A stretch of 64,000 nt of DNA, taken from positions 124,001 to 188,000 of IMG/VR virus record IMGVR_UViG_3300046559_001153, one strand, 5' to 3'. Below are positions 1 to 7,941 of the stretch, piece after piece (positions within the stretch are counted from its first letter, which is position 1; each line of letters opens with the position of its first letter). The position numbers and the translations under genes are program-made. Below the pieces are notes generated by a model. That model did no database searches. It had not been told where the DNA came from and saw only the letters and a list, made by a program, of their open reading frames with translations.

Positions 1-72
1 CCGATCTGATGTTGGCAGGATTTTGAGACCAACAATCGCGTTGACTGACCACTGACCACGAAAGGAACCACC

Positions 73-741
73 ATGGCAATCCGAAATGAAAACGGAATCC
101 TGTATGATGACAGAAACAACTCCGCGAGCATTGAGTATTGGGGCAGCGAGGAAGCGGCGCGAAAGGCGCTAGAGTCATTGGTGAACTGCTCCGACTGCTC
201 CCGCTGCTCCGGCTGCTCCGACTGCTCCCGCTGCTCCGGCTGCTCCGACTGCTCCCGCTGCTCCGACTGCTCCCGCTGCTCCGACTGCTCCCGCTGCTCC
301 GACTGCTCCGACTGCTCCCGCTGCTCCGACTGCTCCCGCTGCTCCGACTGCTCCGGCTGCTCCGACTGCTCCCGCTGCTCCGACTGCTCCCGCTGCTACG
401 ACTGCTCCCGCTGCTCCGGCTGCTCCCGCATAGTGCCTCAAAAAGTCACTATTGAAATTCCATTTATCACCGAAATCCACAAGACAATCTATGCCGCAGT
501 CTCACAGCCAAAAGCTCTGAACATGAGCGACTGGCACACGTGCGAGACGACGCATTGCCGGGCTGGATGGGTCGTGACGCTCGCGGGCGAGGCGGGTAAG
601 AAATTGGAGAAACAAACGTCGCCACTGTTCGCAGCCCAACAAATCTACAAAGCCAGCGGGTATGAGATTTCGCCTGTGCGGTTCTTCGACTCGAACGAGG
701 AAGCGATGGCCGATATGAAGCGTCTGGCGGAAGTTGACTGA
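73..741 (+). CDS. Cys-rich (CSD/CSR/CSG)n repeat protein with a phage-type C-terminal domain (WHTCETTHCRAGW motif)
   Basis: 222-aa ORF with an AAAGGA RBS. Contains 27 tandem C-S-x tripeptides. The C-terminal motif is recalled from phage repeat proteins. Confidence 0.8.
   Translation: MAIRNENGILYDDRNNSASIEYWGSEEAARKALESLVNCSDCSRCSGCSDCSRCSGCSDCSRCSDCSRCSDCSRCSDCSDCSRCSDCSRCSDCSGCSDCSRCSDCSRCYDCSRCSGCSRIVPQKVTIEIPFITEIHKTIYAAVSQPKALNMSDWHTCETTHCRAGWVVTLAGEAGKKLEKQTSPLFAAQQIYKASGYEISPVRFFDSNEEAMADMKRLAEVD
187..429 (+). repeat. Tandem 9-bp repeat TGCTCC(GAC/CGC/GGC) x27
   Basis: Visible directly: 243 bp = 27 units, with one variant unit TGCTACGAC. Confidence 0.95.
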
Positions 742-769
742 CCACTGACCCGAGAGAGGAGAGAGGGAT

Positions 770-946
770 ATGCTCCAGAAAATTGAAATCGAAGACGTCA
801 GCGATTGCGAATCGTGCACCGCCCGCCATAAGGGGATACTGGAGTTTCTGGCTACAACGAAAGCGAAAGTCTTGACGGACGTGATTTGCAGCGAATGCGG
901 GCGCGAGACTCATATATTTGTGGCCGACGAAAGCGAAAGGGGATGA
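770..946 (+). CDS. Small CxxC...CxxC putative zinc-binding protein (58 aa)
   Basis: Hand-translated MLQKIEIEDVSDCESC...ICSECGRETHIF. Strong GGAGAGAGG RBS; stop overlaps the next start (ATGA). Confidence 0.7.
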   Translation: MLQKIEIEDVSDCESCTARHKGILEFLATTKAKVLTDVICSECGRETHIFVADESERG

Positions 947-1167
947 CGATGATTCTTTACCCAGTTGGCATATTCTTCATGCGTCGCCGCTCTGACGGCA
1001 AACTCTATCGCGGCGCGAAGTTCTGGCGTTGGACAAAATCGTGGCGACGGGCGGCCGCGTTACCAGAGTGGCATTGGATTGCCTTTGCATTGAATAAATA
1101 TCCCGACTCGGAACTTGTGACGCTCGAGCAATTGATTGACGAAGAATCGACCACGAAAGGGGGATGA
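943..1167 (+). CDS. Hypothetical protein
   Basis: ATGA coupling at both ends; start moved from 886 to 943. Confidence 0.65.
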   Translation: MTMILYPVGIFFMRRRSDGKLYRGAKFWRWTKSWRRAAALPEWHWIAFALNKYPDSELVTLEQLIDEESTTKGG

Positions 1168-1415
1168 CGATGGTGGCGACTAAAGACAAGCCGTGTGGCA
1201 ATCCGATGTGTGGAGTATCGACCGGGATTCATGGCGGCCTGACTTTCGGCAGCGGAGAATTGGACGAGTATGGCTTCTGGCAAGTACCGTGTTGTGCCTG
1301 CGCGAGAGCACACGAGAAATCGCAGCCGCAGGATGGTAACTGCTGGCCATTTACGAACGAACAACTATGGGGTACCGCCCAGACTATGAAAGGAATGACC
1401 GATGCCGATGAATGA
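1164..1415 (+). CDS. Small Cys-rich hypothetical protein
   Basis: 83 aa with 6 Cys; ATGA-coupled. Confidence 0.65.
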   Translation: MTMVATKDKPCGNPMCGVSTGIHGGLTFGSGELDEYGFWQVPCCACARAHEKSQPQDGNCWPFTNEQLWGTAQTMKGMTDADE

Positions 1416-2955
1416 TTCACAATACCTTGACTGGGCGACGCGTCTCGATGCGGCGATTGCTCCCGCGCACGGTAAGGTGGCTGCAATTTTTGCGGAGATT
1501 CGCGAAGTCCTGCGTACTGTCCGACGGGAGAACGACGAACTCAAGTCGCGGAATGTGGAGTTGCAGGCCCAGTTGAATCAGGTGCATTCGCACGTCAAGA
1601 CGGCGTTGGAGCAGCTTCGCGTTGACGTGTTGGAGTCGGGCTACATTCCTGATTCGTGGACGCTTGTGGAGGAATGCAAGATGTCTGGCGATAAACTCGC
1701 AAGAGTGGCGGAATGGCATCGGCGGATGGTTAAGGCTGAGGACGAACTCGCCCGGCTGAAGCATCCGCGATCCTGCGAGTGGGTCTACCCGCCGTTTGAC
1801 GAACCGAGGAAGATGCCGGTTGTCGGCGAGATCATCGAGTGGGAGATGGAGAAAAGCTGCGGACTCGGTTTACAAGTTATGCGATGGTCAGAGGAATGCT
1901 CACTCTGCTACGCGACCAAATGGCGTTACGTCGTCGCTCCCGCCGCACCATCCACATTCTGCCCGCATTGCGGAAGGGAATTGTCATTCACGAATGATAC
2001 TGACTGGCTACACCCACCAGCCCCAGCCACGGACAAGTCGATTGAGGATGCGGTGGATGCGTGGATAATTGAAAACCGCAAATGGGCTGGAGAATACGGA
2101 TGGCAGACCAGGATGATGAGTCCTGAAGATGCAAAAGAATCGTTGCTGAAGCACCTCCGCACTCTCACGCTGTCGTCAAATCCGACGATTGAGTCGGCTG
2201 TTGACTCCGCGCTCGACAAGCTGTGGACCCAAGACCTGCGGCCATCGGTTGAACACCGGGCGATTGCCAGGGCGACGATCCTGGATGAACTGCGCGGCGT
2301 TACGCTGCCGTCGCCTGCGTTGCGCGAGGTAGTCAATGACGTGGTGGCTCGCATTAAGCGTCTGGCAAGAGAAATGGAATGCGACGGCCCATACTCGTCA
2401 AGAGATGCGTATGCCATTGCCGAGCGCCTCGAATCGGCATTGCAGTCCGAGCCAGTAGCAGAACCAGCAGCCCCGACCGTGCCGGATGGCGCAGGGGAAC
2501 TCCTGGTGAAGCGACTTGAATTGCACGCGAAAGAATACCTGCGTCTCTATGGCGGTGGGAACAACACGTTTCAACTGTTGCAGCAGGCAGTAATCGAGAT
2601 CGACCGCCTCAAGCACCTGCCTCCCGCTCCCACCGTCTCATCGTGGGAACCGGCGGCTGAAATAGTAGAGCAGCTTCTAGAGCCGTTCAGCCCGAGTTGG
2701 CCAATGTTCGTGCCAATCCAAGACGTAATCGACGAAATCCGCAATCTGCCTGTATCGGAGCCTGCTCCCCCAGAGCGAGAGCCGATCCCGGAAGGGGTGT
2801 ATTACTCGACCAGTGTTGACAACTTCTGCGACATCGACAAGCTCGGACTCGGCAATGACTTTTGGATGAAGTGGATTTCCCGCCGCGACGAATTCCCCAA
2901 GTCAGCCGACGAGGCGAAGGTGAGAGCCGTAGAGAACAAGGAGAGCAAAACATGA
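1402..2955 (+). CDS. Mosaic hypothetical protein (coiled coil plus modules separated by PAP linkers)
   Basis: 517-aa ORF with an AAGGA RBS. Confidence 0.75.
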   Translation: MPMNDSQYLDWATRLDAAIAPAHGKVAAIFAEIREVLRTVRRENDELKSRNVELQAQLNQVHSHVKTALEQLRVDVLESGYIPDSWTLVEECKMSGDKLARVAEWHRRMVKAEDELARLKHPRSCEWVYPPFDEPRKMPVVGEIIEWEMEKSCGLGLQVMRWSEECSLCYATKWRYVVAPAAPSTFCPHCGRELSFTNDTDWLHPPAPATDKSIEDAVDAWIIENRKWAGEYGWQTRMMSPEDAKESLLKHLRTLTLSSNPTIESAVDSALDKLWTQDLRPSVEHRAIARATILDELRGVTLPSPALREVVNDVVARIKRLAREMECDGPYSSRDAYAIAERLESALQSEPVAEPAAPTVPDGAGELLVKRLELHAKEYLRLYGGGNNTFQLLQQAVIEIDRLKHLPPAPTVSSWEPAAEIVEQLLEPFSPSWPMFVPIQDVIDEIRNLPVSEPAPPEREPIPEGVYYSTSVDNFCDIDKLGLGNDFWMKWISRRDEFPKSADEAKVRAVENKESKT

Positions 2956-3149
2956 ATGGCGACGAAAAATGGGTGTTGGCCAACCTGTTTGCGTGCGTGT
3001 CGATAGTCATCACCGTCTCAGTTATTTGTGGTTGGCATTTCGGCGAAAGCTCCGTCAGGCAACAAGCAGTCGGGGCAGGTGTCGCCCACTGGGTTGCGAA
3101 TCAGCAGACAGGGACCGTGGAGTTCGAGTTTATTAAGGCTGAAAAGTGA
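2952..3149 (+). CDS. Small membrane protein
   Basis: ATGA-coupled; hydrophobic stretch WVLANLFACVSIVITVSVICGW. Confidence 0.65.
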   Translation: MNGDEKWVLANLFACVSIVITVSVICGWHFGESSVRQQAVGAGVAHWVANQQTGTVEFEFIKAEK

Positions 3150-3217
3150 GAAGGCCGCGGAGTTGGCCAGGCTTTGTTGTCTGGCCGTAGTACGGATTGT
3201 TCGAAAGGAATTGCAAA

Positions 3218-4264
3218 ATGGGTGGAAGTAATTGGAGTGATGACACATTCAAGACGAAGGCTACGATGCGGGCGTCATCTCCCACGTCAGGATTTGACCA
3301 CAGCGACAGATCGGCAAAAGCGAAGTTGCAGGGACGCGCAGTTGTGGCACACGCTGCTGTGGCCCCTCAGACCAAGGCTGGTCCGTCCAGCCCGTTTGCT
3401 GGGCAGATCATGCGTGAATCGAGGGATTCAGCCACACACCCGACGACCAAAGCAGTGGCCATTCTGCAAGACGTGACAGGCTCGTTGAACCAGGTGCCGG
3501 AGATCGTGCGGGACGCGTTGCCCAAACTCATGGGGCTCCTCATCCGCAAAGGTTACCTGGAGCATCCACATATCCTGATCGGCGGTATCGGTGATGCCGA
3601 ACCTGACAGGAATGGCGGACCGCCTGATACCATGCCCTTGCAGATCAGCCAGTTCGAGGCGGGGATCGAGATCGACGAGGCGATCAGCAATCTTTTCCTG
3701 GAAGGCGACGGCGGCGGACAGAAGTACGAATCTCATGATTTGGCTATGTACTACATGGCCAGACACACGGCAATGGACTGCCTGGAGAAGCGCGGCGAGA
3801 AGGGTTACCTGTTCATCATCACTGACGAAATGTGTCGTCCGGTGGTGAAGAAGGCTCTCGTCGAGAAGCTGATTGGCGATAAGCTCGAGTCGGACATTCC
3901 GATCGAGGACATCGTCAAGGAATTGGAAGCCAAGTTTGAGGTGTACGTGATCATCCCGAATATGACCACGTACTATGGCGACAGGGAGGTCTTCGACAGC
4001 TGGACTAAGTTGCTCACCAATGCGGTGATCAAACTGGAAGAGCCGTCGGGTATCACAGAGTTGATCGCCACGCAGATCGGGATTGCTGAGGGCAAGACCG
4101 ATGTAACGAGGGTCAAGGATGATCTGCACGAAGTGGGCACGGAACTGTCCGTGGCCGGTGCGGTGACGGATGCTCTGATCAAGTCCGGCGCCAAGGCGGG
4201 CGAGGCAACCGGTGCGTTGGCCGTAGCCGATTCGGGTGAACCGGGCGGTCTGGCACAGGTGTAG
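3218..4264 (+). CDS. von Willebrand factor A (vWA) domain protein
   Basis: MIDAS-like QDVTGS motif, IGGIGDA, EGDGGGQKYESHDLA and FIITDE, typical of a phage/actinobacterial vWA family. Start at ATG 3218 after AAAGGA. Confidence 0.8.
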   Translation: MGGSNWSDDTFKTKATMRASSPTSGFDHSDRSAKAKLQGRAVVAHAAVAPQTKAGPSSPFAGQIMRESRDSATHPTTKAVAILQDVTGSLNQVPEIVRDALPKLMGLLIRKGYLEHPHILIGGIGDAEPDRNGGPPDTMPLQISQFEAGIEIDEAISNLFLEGDGGGQKYESHDLAMYYMARHTAMDCLEKRGEKGYLFIITDEMCRPVVKKALVEKLIGDKLESDIPIEDIVKELEAKFEVYVIIPNMTTYYGDREVFDSWTKLLTNAVIKLEEPSGITELIATQIGIAEGKTDVTRVKDDLHEVGTELSVAGAVTDALIKSGAKAGEATGALAVADSGEPGGLAQV

Positions 4265-4674
4265 TTGTTTGCTGCGGCCGCCGGGGTGTTCCGGCAACTT
4301 TACTACGGGGTGGATCGATATTGAATGGGCCCGGTCCTGGTGACAGGATGCATCTAGCGGGGCCTCCCTGCCGACAATGCCGGCGTGACAGATACCAGCA
4401 GCGAATCTGTTAGTCAATGATTGATGTACGGAAGATTCACAATTGGCGTACGCCGGGGATGGGATTCCTCCGCAAGAAACCGATGTGTTCCGTACATTAC
4501 AGTTCCGAGCTATGACCGGATGGTCATTGCTGACCTTAACCGACTGTCTAGGATTACATATCGAGTCGCAAAGGGTGCACTCAATCCGCAGAAGCCGTGT
4601 GTGCAGGTTAGATCACGGTTATACCGATCCAGGTTGGTAACCAATCCAACTCGCAGCAAGTGACGTTGTGTGTG

Positions 4675-4710
4675 GCTTGGCTCCAGGTTAAACTGGGGCC
4701 AAGCTTTATT
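4675..4710 (+). terminator. Strong hairpin plus T-rich tail immediately upstream of tmRNA
   Basis: GCTTGGCTCCAG / CTGGGGCCAAGC 12-bp stem followed by TTTATT. Confidence 0.55.
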
Positions 4711-4711
4711 C

Positions 4712-4982
4712 GGGGGCGATTGGATTCGACTGATTGCTCGAATTTGTTGTAGCGTGCCGTGGTTGATCAGTTGGCCACGTTAAAAGCTGATCAAAAACCA
4801 ATTGTCGACTGTAACAAGTTGATTCCGGCTGTGGCTGACAAACGGGTCTGTGTGCCCGCAATGGCTGCCTAAGCCAAGCGTGAGTGACGGTTTTATCCGC
4901 ATGGGATGCCTCTAAGAGGCTATGCACGTAGAAGCAGCAGAAGAGACTCTCCAGGACGCGGGTTCGATTCCCGCCGCCTCCA
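4712..4982 (+). ncRNA. ssrA: tmRNA (compact, about 271 nt); predicted tag (A)VDCNKLIPAVADKRVCVPAMAA
   Basis: 5' GGGGGCGATTGGATTCGAC and 3' GCGGGTTCGATTCCCGC-CGCCTCCA give a G3:U70 alanyl acceptor. A pk1-like pseudoknot (CGTGG/CCACG, TGATCAG/CTGATCA) is present, and the internal ORF ends GCT GCC TAA at 4864-4872. Confidence 0.93.
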
Positions 4983-4984
4983 CT

Positions 4985-5059
4985 GTGTCTGTAGCTCAAT
5001 TGGTTTAGAGCGTCTGGTTGTGATCCAGAAGGTCGCGAGTTCAAATCTCGCCAGACACC
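4985..5059 (+). tRNA. tRNA-His (GUG)
   Basis: Cloverleaf: GTGTCTG/CAGACAC acceptor, GCTC D stem, TCTGG-TTGTGAT-CCAGA anticodon arm, GCGAG-TTCAAAT-CTCGC T arm, C73. CCA is not encoded. Confidence 0.93.
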
Positions 5060-5232
5060 TGTGGCAGTGTACCTCGTGACGCATCCCGAGCGGTGTGCGT
5101 TGGTTGTTGAGATTAGTTATACGCCGGATTGGCCGGTAGTCGCTAATTGAGACATCGACTAGACGAGCCACAGGGGCAATCGCTCGAGGCTCCGCCGGTA
5201 GCCGCCTTCTGCAGAGGGCAACCGGCTTTTAT

Positions 5233-5346
5233 GCTCTGTCCCGTTGAGTGGATCGCGATTGCTCCACCTTGTATGGGGGCATCCGTTCTGACGGTAGGTA
5301 CGAAGATGCAAGGATCTTCGGACAGGTTCGATTCCTGTACAGGGCA
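5233..5346 (+). tRNA. Atypical tRNA-Thr(UGU)-like RNA with a 42-nt, two-hairpin variable region
   Basis: GCTCTGT/ACAGGGC acceptor, ACAGG-TTCGATT-CCTGT T arm, anticodon loop CT-TGT-AT. The D arm is degenerate. Confidence 0.55.
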
Positions 5347-5359
5347 GTTTCTCAGCAGT

Positions 5360-5408
5360 GGCCCGCCAGGCTACCACCCCGCAAGGGACAGGTCTGGCGG
5401 GCCTTTTT
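5360..5408 (+). terminator. Rho-independent terminator ending the RNA cluster
   Basis: GGCCCGCCAG/CTGGCGGGCC stem followed by TTTTT. Confidence 0.8.
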
Positions 5409-5410
5409 CG

Positions 5411-5428
5411 TAACTTTTTACAAAGTTA
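5411..5428. promoter_or_regulatory. Palindromic motif TAACTTT-N4-AAAGTTA, copy 1
   Basis: TAACTTTTTACAAAGTTA, 14 nt before ATG 5443. Confidence 0.75.
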
Positions 5429-5442
5429 TTAGAGGAGTGAGG

Positions 5443-5826
5443 ATGACACCGAAGGAAGCTCTGATCGAAGCCAAGCAGCTCATTGAACGCTGGGGCTGGC
5501 TAAAGGGGTCCTTTGCGAGGGACCGTTACGGGAAGTCGATCTGGATCGCGGATGCGAAAGCCCATATTGCTGCTGGTGATTGTGGCGGATTCTGCGTTTC
5601 TGGCGCTATTGCAGCTGCAGTCGGCCTGTCTCCCGATTTCCAGTCCAGTCTCCGGCTAGTCGCGTTCTATGGCACGATTGACGCTACCAGGGCCCGATTC
5701 AGCCAGGCCGTTGGGGTGGTCAATCAGGATATCGCCGGGTGGAATGACAAGCCCGAACGAACCTTACAAGAGGTTCTGGACGCGTTGGACCGAGCTATTG
5801 CTCTCAGCGACGAGGTGTCAGCGTGA
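5443..5826 (+). CDS. DUF6197-like phage protein, paralog 1
   Basis: GW...FC.SGAI...WND...EV motifs shared with 9082 and 10614. The family name is recalled, not searched. Confidence 0.7.
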   Translation: MTPKEALIEAKQLIERWGWLKGSFARDRYGKSIWIADAKAHIAAGDCGGFCVSGAIAAAVGLSPDFQSSLRLVAFYGTIDATRARFSQAVGVVNQDIAGWNDKPERTLQEVLDALDRAIALSDEVSA

Positions 5827-6161
5827 TCACACCAGAACAACTCATGCAGATGGTGCGAGAGGCAGATGAAGGCGATCCTGACTCACCTCGACACATTAAG
5901 ACTATGGCGGCCGAGATACTGTGGCTATACAGCCGTCTCAGCTGCCTGGTCGAAATGCTCAAGCGATTTCCAGAAGACGCGGATCCCGATTTCCCGGAGA
6001 TCAGCCAATTGCATGGTCCTTTGTGGCACAAGGTGGCCCAGATGACCGGGCTGGGTTCGACGTCAGCAAAGCAGCTCTGCATGGTATTGAGACAAGATCC
6101 GGATCACATCAAACTTCAACCCGAACAGGAGACCGATGATGAGGGCGATAATCACGTGTGA
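5823..6161 (+). CDS. Hypothetical protein
   Basis: GTGA-coupled, 112 aa. Confidence 0.65.
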   Translation: MITPEQLMQMVREADEGDPDSPRHIKTMAAEILWLYSRLSCLVEMLKRFPEDADPDFPEISQLHGPLWHKVAQMTGLGSTSAKQLCMVLRQDPDHIKLQPEQETDDEGDNHV

Positions 6162-7356
6162 TTTGGGCTTCGGCGATAGCGGCAAGGGATCGATTGTTGA
6201 CGCACTGGTTCGTAAGTACCAAAGCAAGCTGGTCATTCGCTACTGCGGCGGCGCCCAGGCCTCGCACGCCGTAACAACTGAAGATGGCCGGGTGCACAAG
6301 TTCTCACAGTGGGGAGCGGGCACACTGGCCGGAGCGATGACTTACCTGCACTACCCGATGATCATCGATCCGTTGGCCATGCGGAACGAAGCTGAGTCAT
6401 TGAAATCCAACTTCGGATTCGGGGATCCGTGGAGGCTGCTGACCATTCATCCTGATTGTCTGATCGCAACGCGGGTGCACAAATACGTCAACCGACAATC
6501 GGCCGAGACAATTCAAAATGGTTCGTGCGGCATGGGGATTGGGGCTACACGGGAGTACTGGCTCAAGTACGGGTCTGACGCGATCGTTGCTTCTGATTTG
6601 GTGTCCAATTCGAGTCAGCTCGTCTGGTATGACAGGCTGATTGGTAAGCTCGAGCTAATGATTGCCAGGTACGAGTTACAGCACAAGTTCAGCGCTGTGC
6701 TTGAAGCCCGGGCTTTGCTAGATATTGCGACACTCCATTTGGCTTGGCGGGTTCTTCCATTAGAGTTCAAACAGCCCAAAAGTGACGAAGTCGTGATCTT
6801 CGAGGGATCTCAGGGGCTGCTGTTGGATCAGCATTACGGGTGTTCTCCTCACACGACGTGGAGTGATGTGACTGCGCGATCAGCTCTTGAACTCATTCAT
6901 CGAAATGACGTTATTTTCACGTCTGTTCGACAGCTCGGGATCATCCGAGCGTACATGACGAGACATGGCGCTGGCCCGTTGCCTACCGCGATGAGCCCCG
7001 AAGAGTTATCTGTGATGGGATTGAGCGATCCCTACAATCCTCACAACGAATACCAGGGCAGAATGCGATTTGGATGGCCTGATGTGGCTTTGCTCGAGTA
7101 CGCATTGGATAGTGCCCAAGGGATTGATTCGCTGGCAGTCAATTGCGTTGATCAGGTTGATGGCAAGTCGTTGCACGTTCGTATGCGTGCCGACGAGTGT
7201 CATCGTTGGACGGATTCCGTCTACAGATCGCCAGGTGAGTGGACGGCCTTGCCGTGGGTCGAGATCGCCGACACAATCGATAGCATCTGCCCGATCAGCG
7301 TTATCGGGCGTGGCCCGAAGGCTAGCGATAAAATCTTTTTGAAGGATTCATTCTGA
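6136..7356 (+). CDS. purA: Adenylosuccinate synthetase (PurA)-like ligase, divergent
   Basis: Motifs GFGDSGKG, GGAQASH, GSCGMGIG, IFEGSQGLLLD, RAYMTRHGAGPLPT, RFGWPD and LAVNCVD. Confidence 0.85.
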   Translation: MMRAIITCDLGFGDSGKGSIVDALVRKYQSKLVIRYCGGAQASHAVTTEDGRVHKFSQWGAGTLAGAMTYLHYPMIIDPLAMRNEAESLKSNFGFGDPWRLLTIHPDCLIATRVHKYVNRQSAETIQNGSCGMGIGATREYWLKYGSDAIVASDLVSNSSQLVWYDRLIGKLELMIARYELQHKFSAVLEARALLDIATLHLAWRVLPLEFKQPKSDEVVIFEGSQGLLLDQHYGCSPHTTWSDVTARSALELIHRNDVIFTSVRQLGIIRAYMTRHGAGPLPTAMSPEELSVMGLSDPYNPHNEYQGRMRFGWPDVALLEYALDSAQGIDSLAVNCVDQVDGKSLHVRMRADECHRWTDSVYRSPGEWTALPWVEIADTIDSICPISVIGRGPKASDKIFLKDSF

Positions 7357-7931
7357 TGCGAGAATCATTTCGAATGTGGTTTGAGGTGCCCGACCAACCT
7401 GACGCCGGGACGGTCGAGGAGTGGGACAAATTCGAAGAGGACGCAAGGAAGCATCATCCAGTACGCTTCTTCCTGTCGTGGACGTTGCCGATCCGGCTGT
7501 CACGCACATGGCGACAGCTTGTGCGTGAGCCGTGGTATTGGCTCAAGTGCCGTCTGTGGCACCAGTACAACGTCGTCCGCATTCAGACCCTGCCACCAAC
7601 GTGGAATGACCGGGACGAAGTGATGCTCCACGCGTGTTTCCAGTGCCTGGTCGATTTTATCGAGAAAGAAAATCCCTTTGAATACGGAGCAGGCGCCGAA
7701 GTGCAGGAGCCCAGGAGGAAAGCCGATATCGAACTGGTTGCTCTTTACGACTGGTGGATTTTACGTCCTGTGCTGCTGAGGAGAATCGACGATGTGATCG
7801 ACCGATATCCCAGAGGCACAGCCCCGCGGGACGCGTATGAGCAGGCCGGGATTTCCTACAGCGATCTTCGAGCTGAAGATCAGGCAATGTTGACCAGGCT
7901 CATCGCCGTTCGAAAGTACATGTGGACATGA
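7356..7931 (+). CDS. Hypothetical phage protein (Trp-rich)
   Basis: 191-aa ORF coupled to the upstream stop (TGATG). Confidence 0.7.
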   Translation: MRESFRMWFEVPDQPDAGTVEEWDKFEEDARKHHPVRFFLSWTLPIRLSRTWRQLVREPWYWLKCRLWHQYNVVRIQTLPPTWNDRDEVMLHACFQCLVDFIEKENPFEYGAGAEVQEPRRKADIELVALYDWWILRPVLLRRIDDVIDRYPRGTAPRDAYEQAGISYSDLRAEDQAMLTRLIAVRKYMWT

Positions 7932-7941
7932 AAGGGGCCGA

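Larger units (their letters stand above)
40..750 (+). repeat. 18-bp direct repeat GTTGACTGACCACTGACC at 40-57 and 733-750, flanking the Cys-repeat gene
   Basis: Exact copies read from the sequence. Each sits just upstream of an RBS. Confidence 0.85.

Noticed and set aside
187-429. CRISPR array or diversity-generating retroelement repeat
   Set aside because: The 9-bp units are in-frame coding repeats without spacers. No cas or reverse transcriptase gene is present, and there is no adenine-specific TR/VR pair.
138-480. Leu/Arg-repeat (138-455 +) and Gly/Ala-repeat (175-480 -) ORFs
   Set aside because: They are alternative frames of the same 9-bp repeat. Only 73-741 has an RBS and a non-repetitive conserved domain.
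3428-4417. 329-aa minus-strand ORF; likewise 23623-24699 and other long antisense ORFs
   Set aside because: They are shadows of recognisable + strand genes in GC-rich DNA and show no motifs.
6136-7356. PurZ / Z-genome (2-aminoadenine) pathway
   Set aside because: The catalytic Asp of PurA is retained (GDSGKG, not GSTGKG), and no DatZ/MazZ-like gene was recognised in the window.
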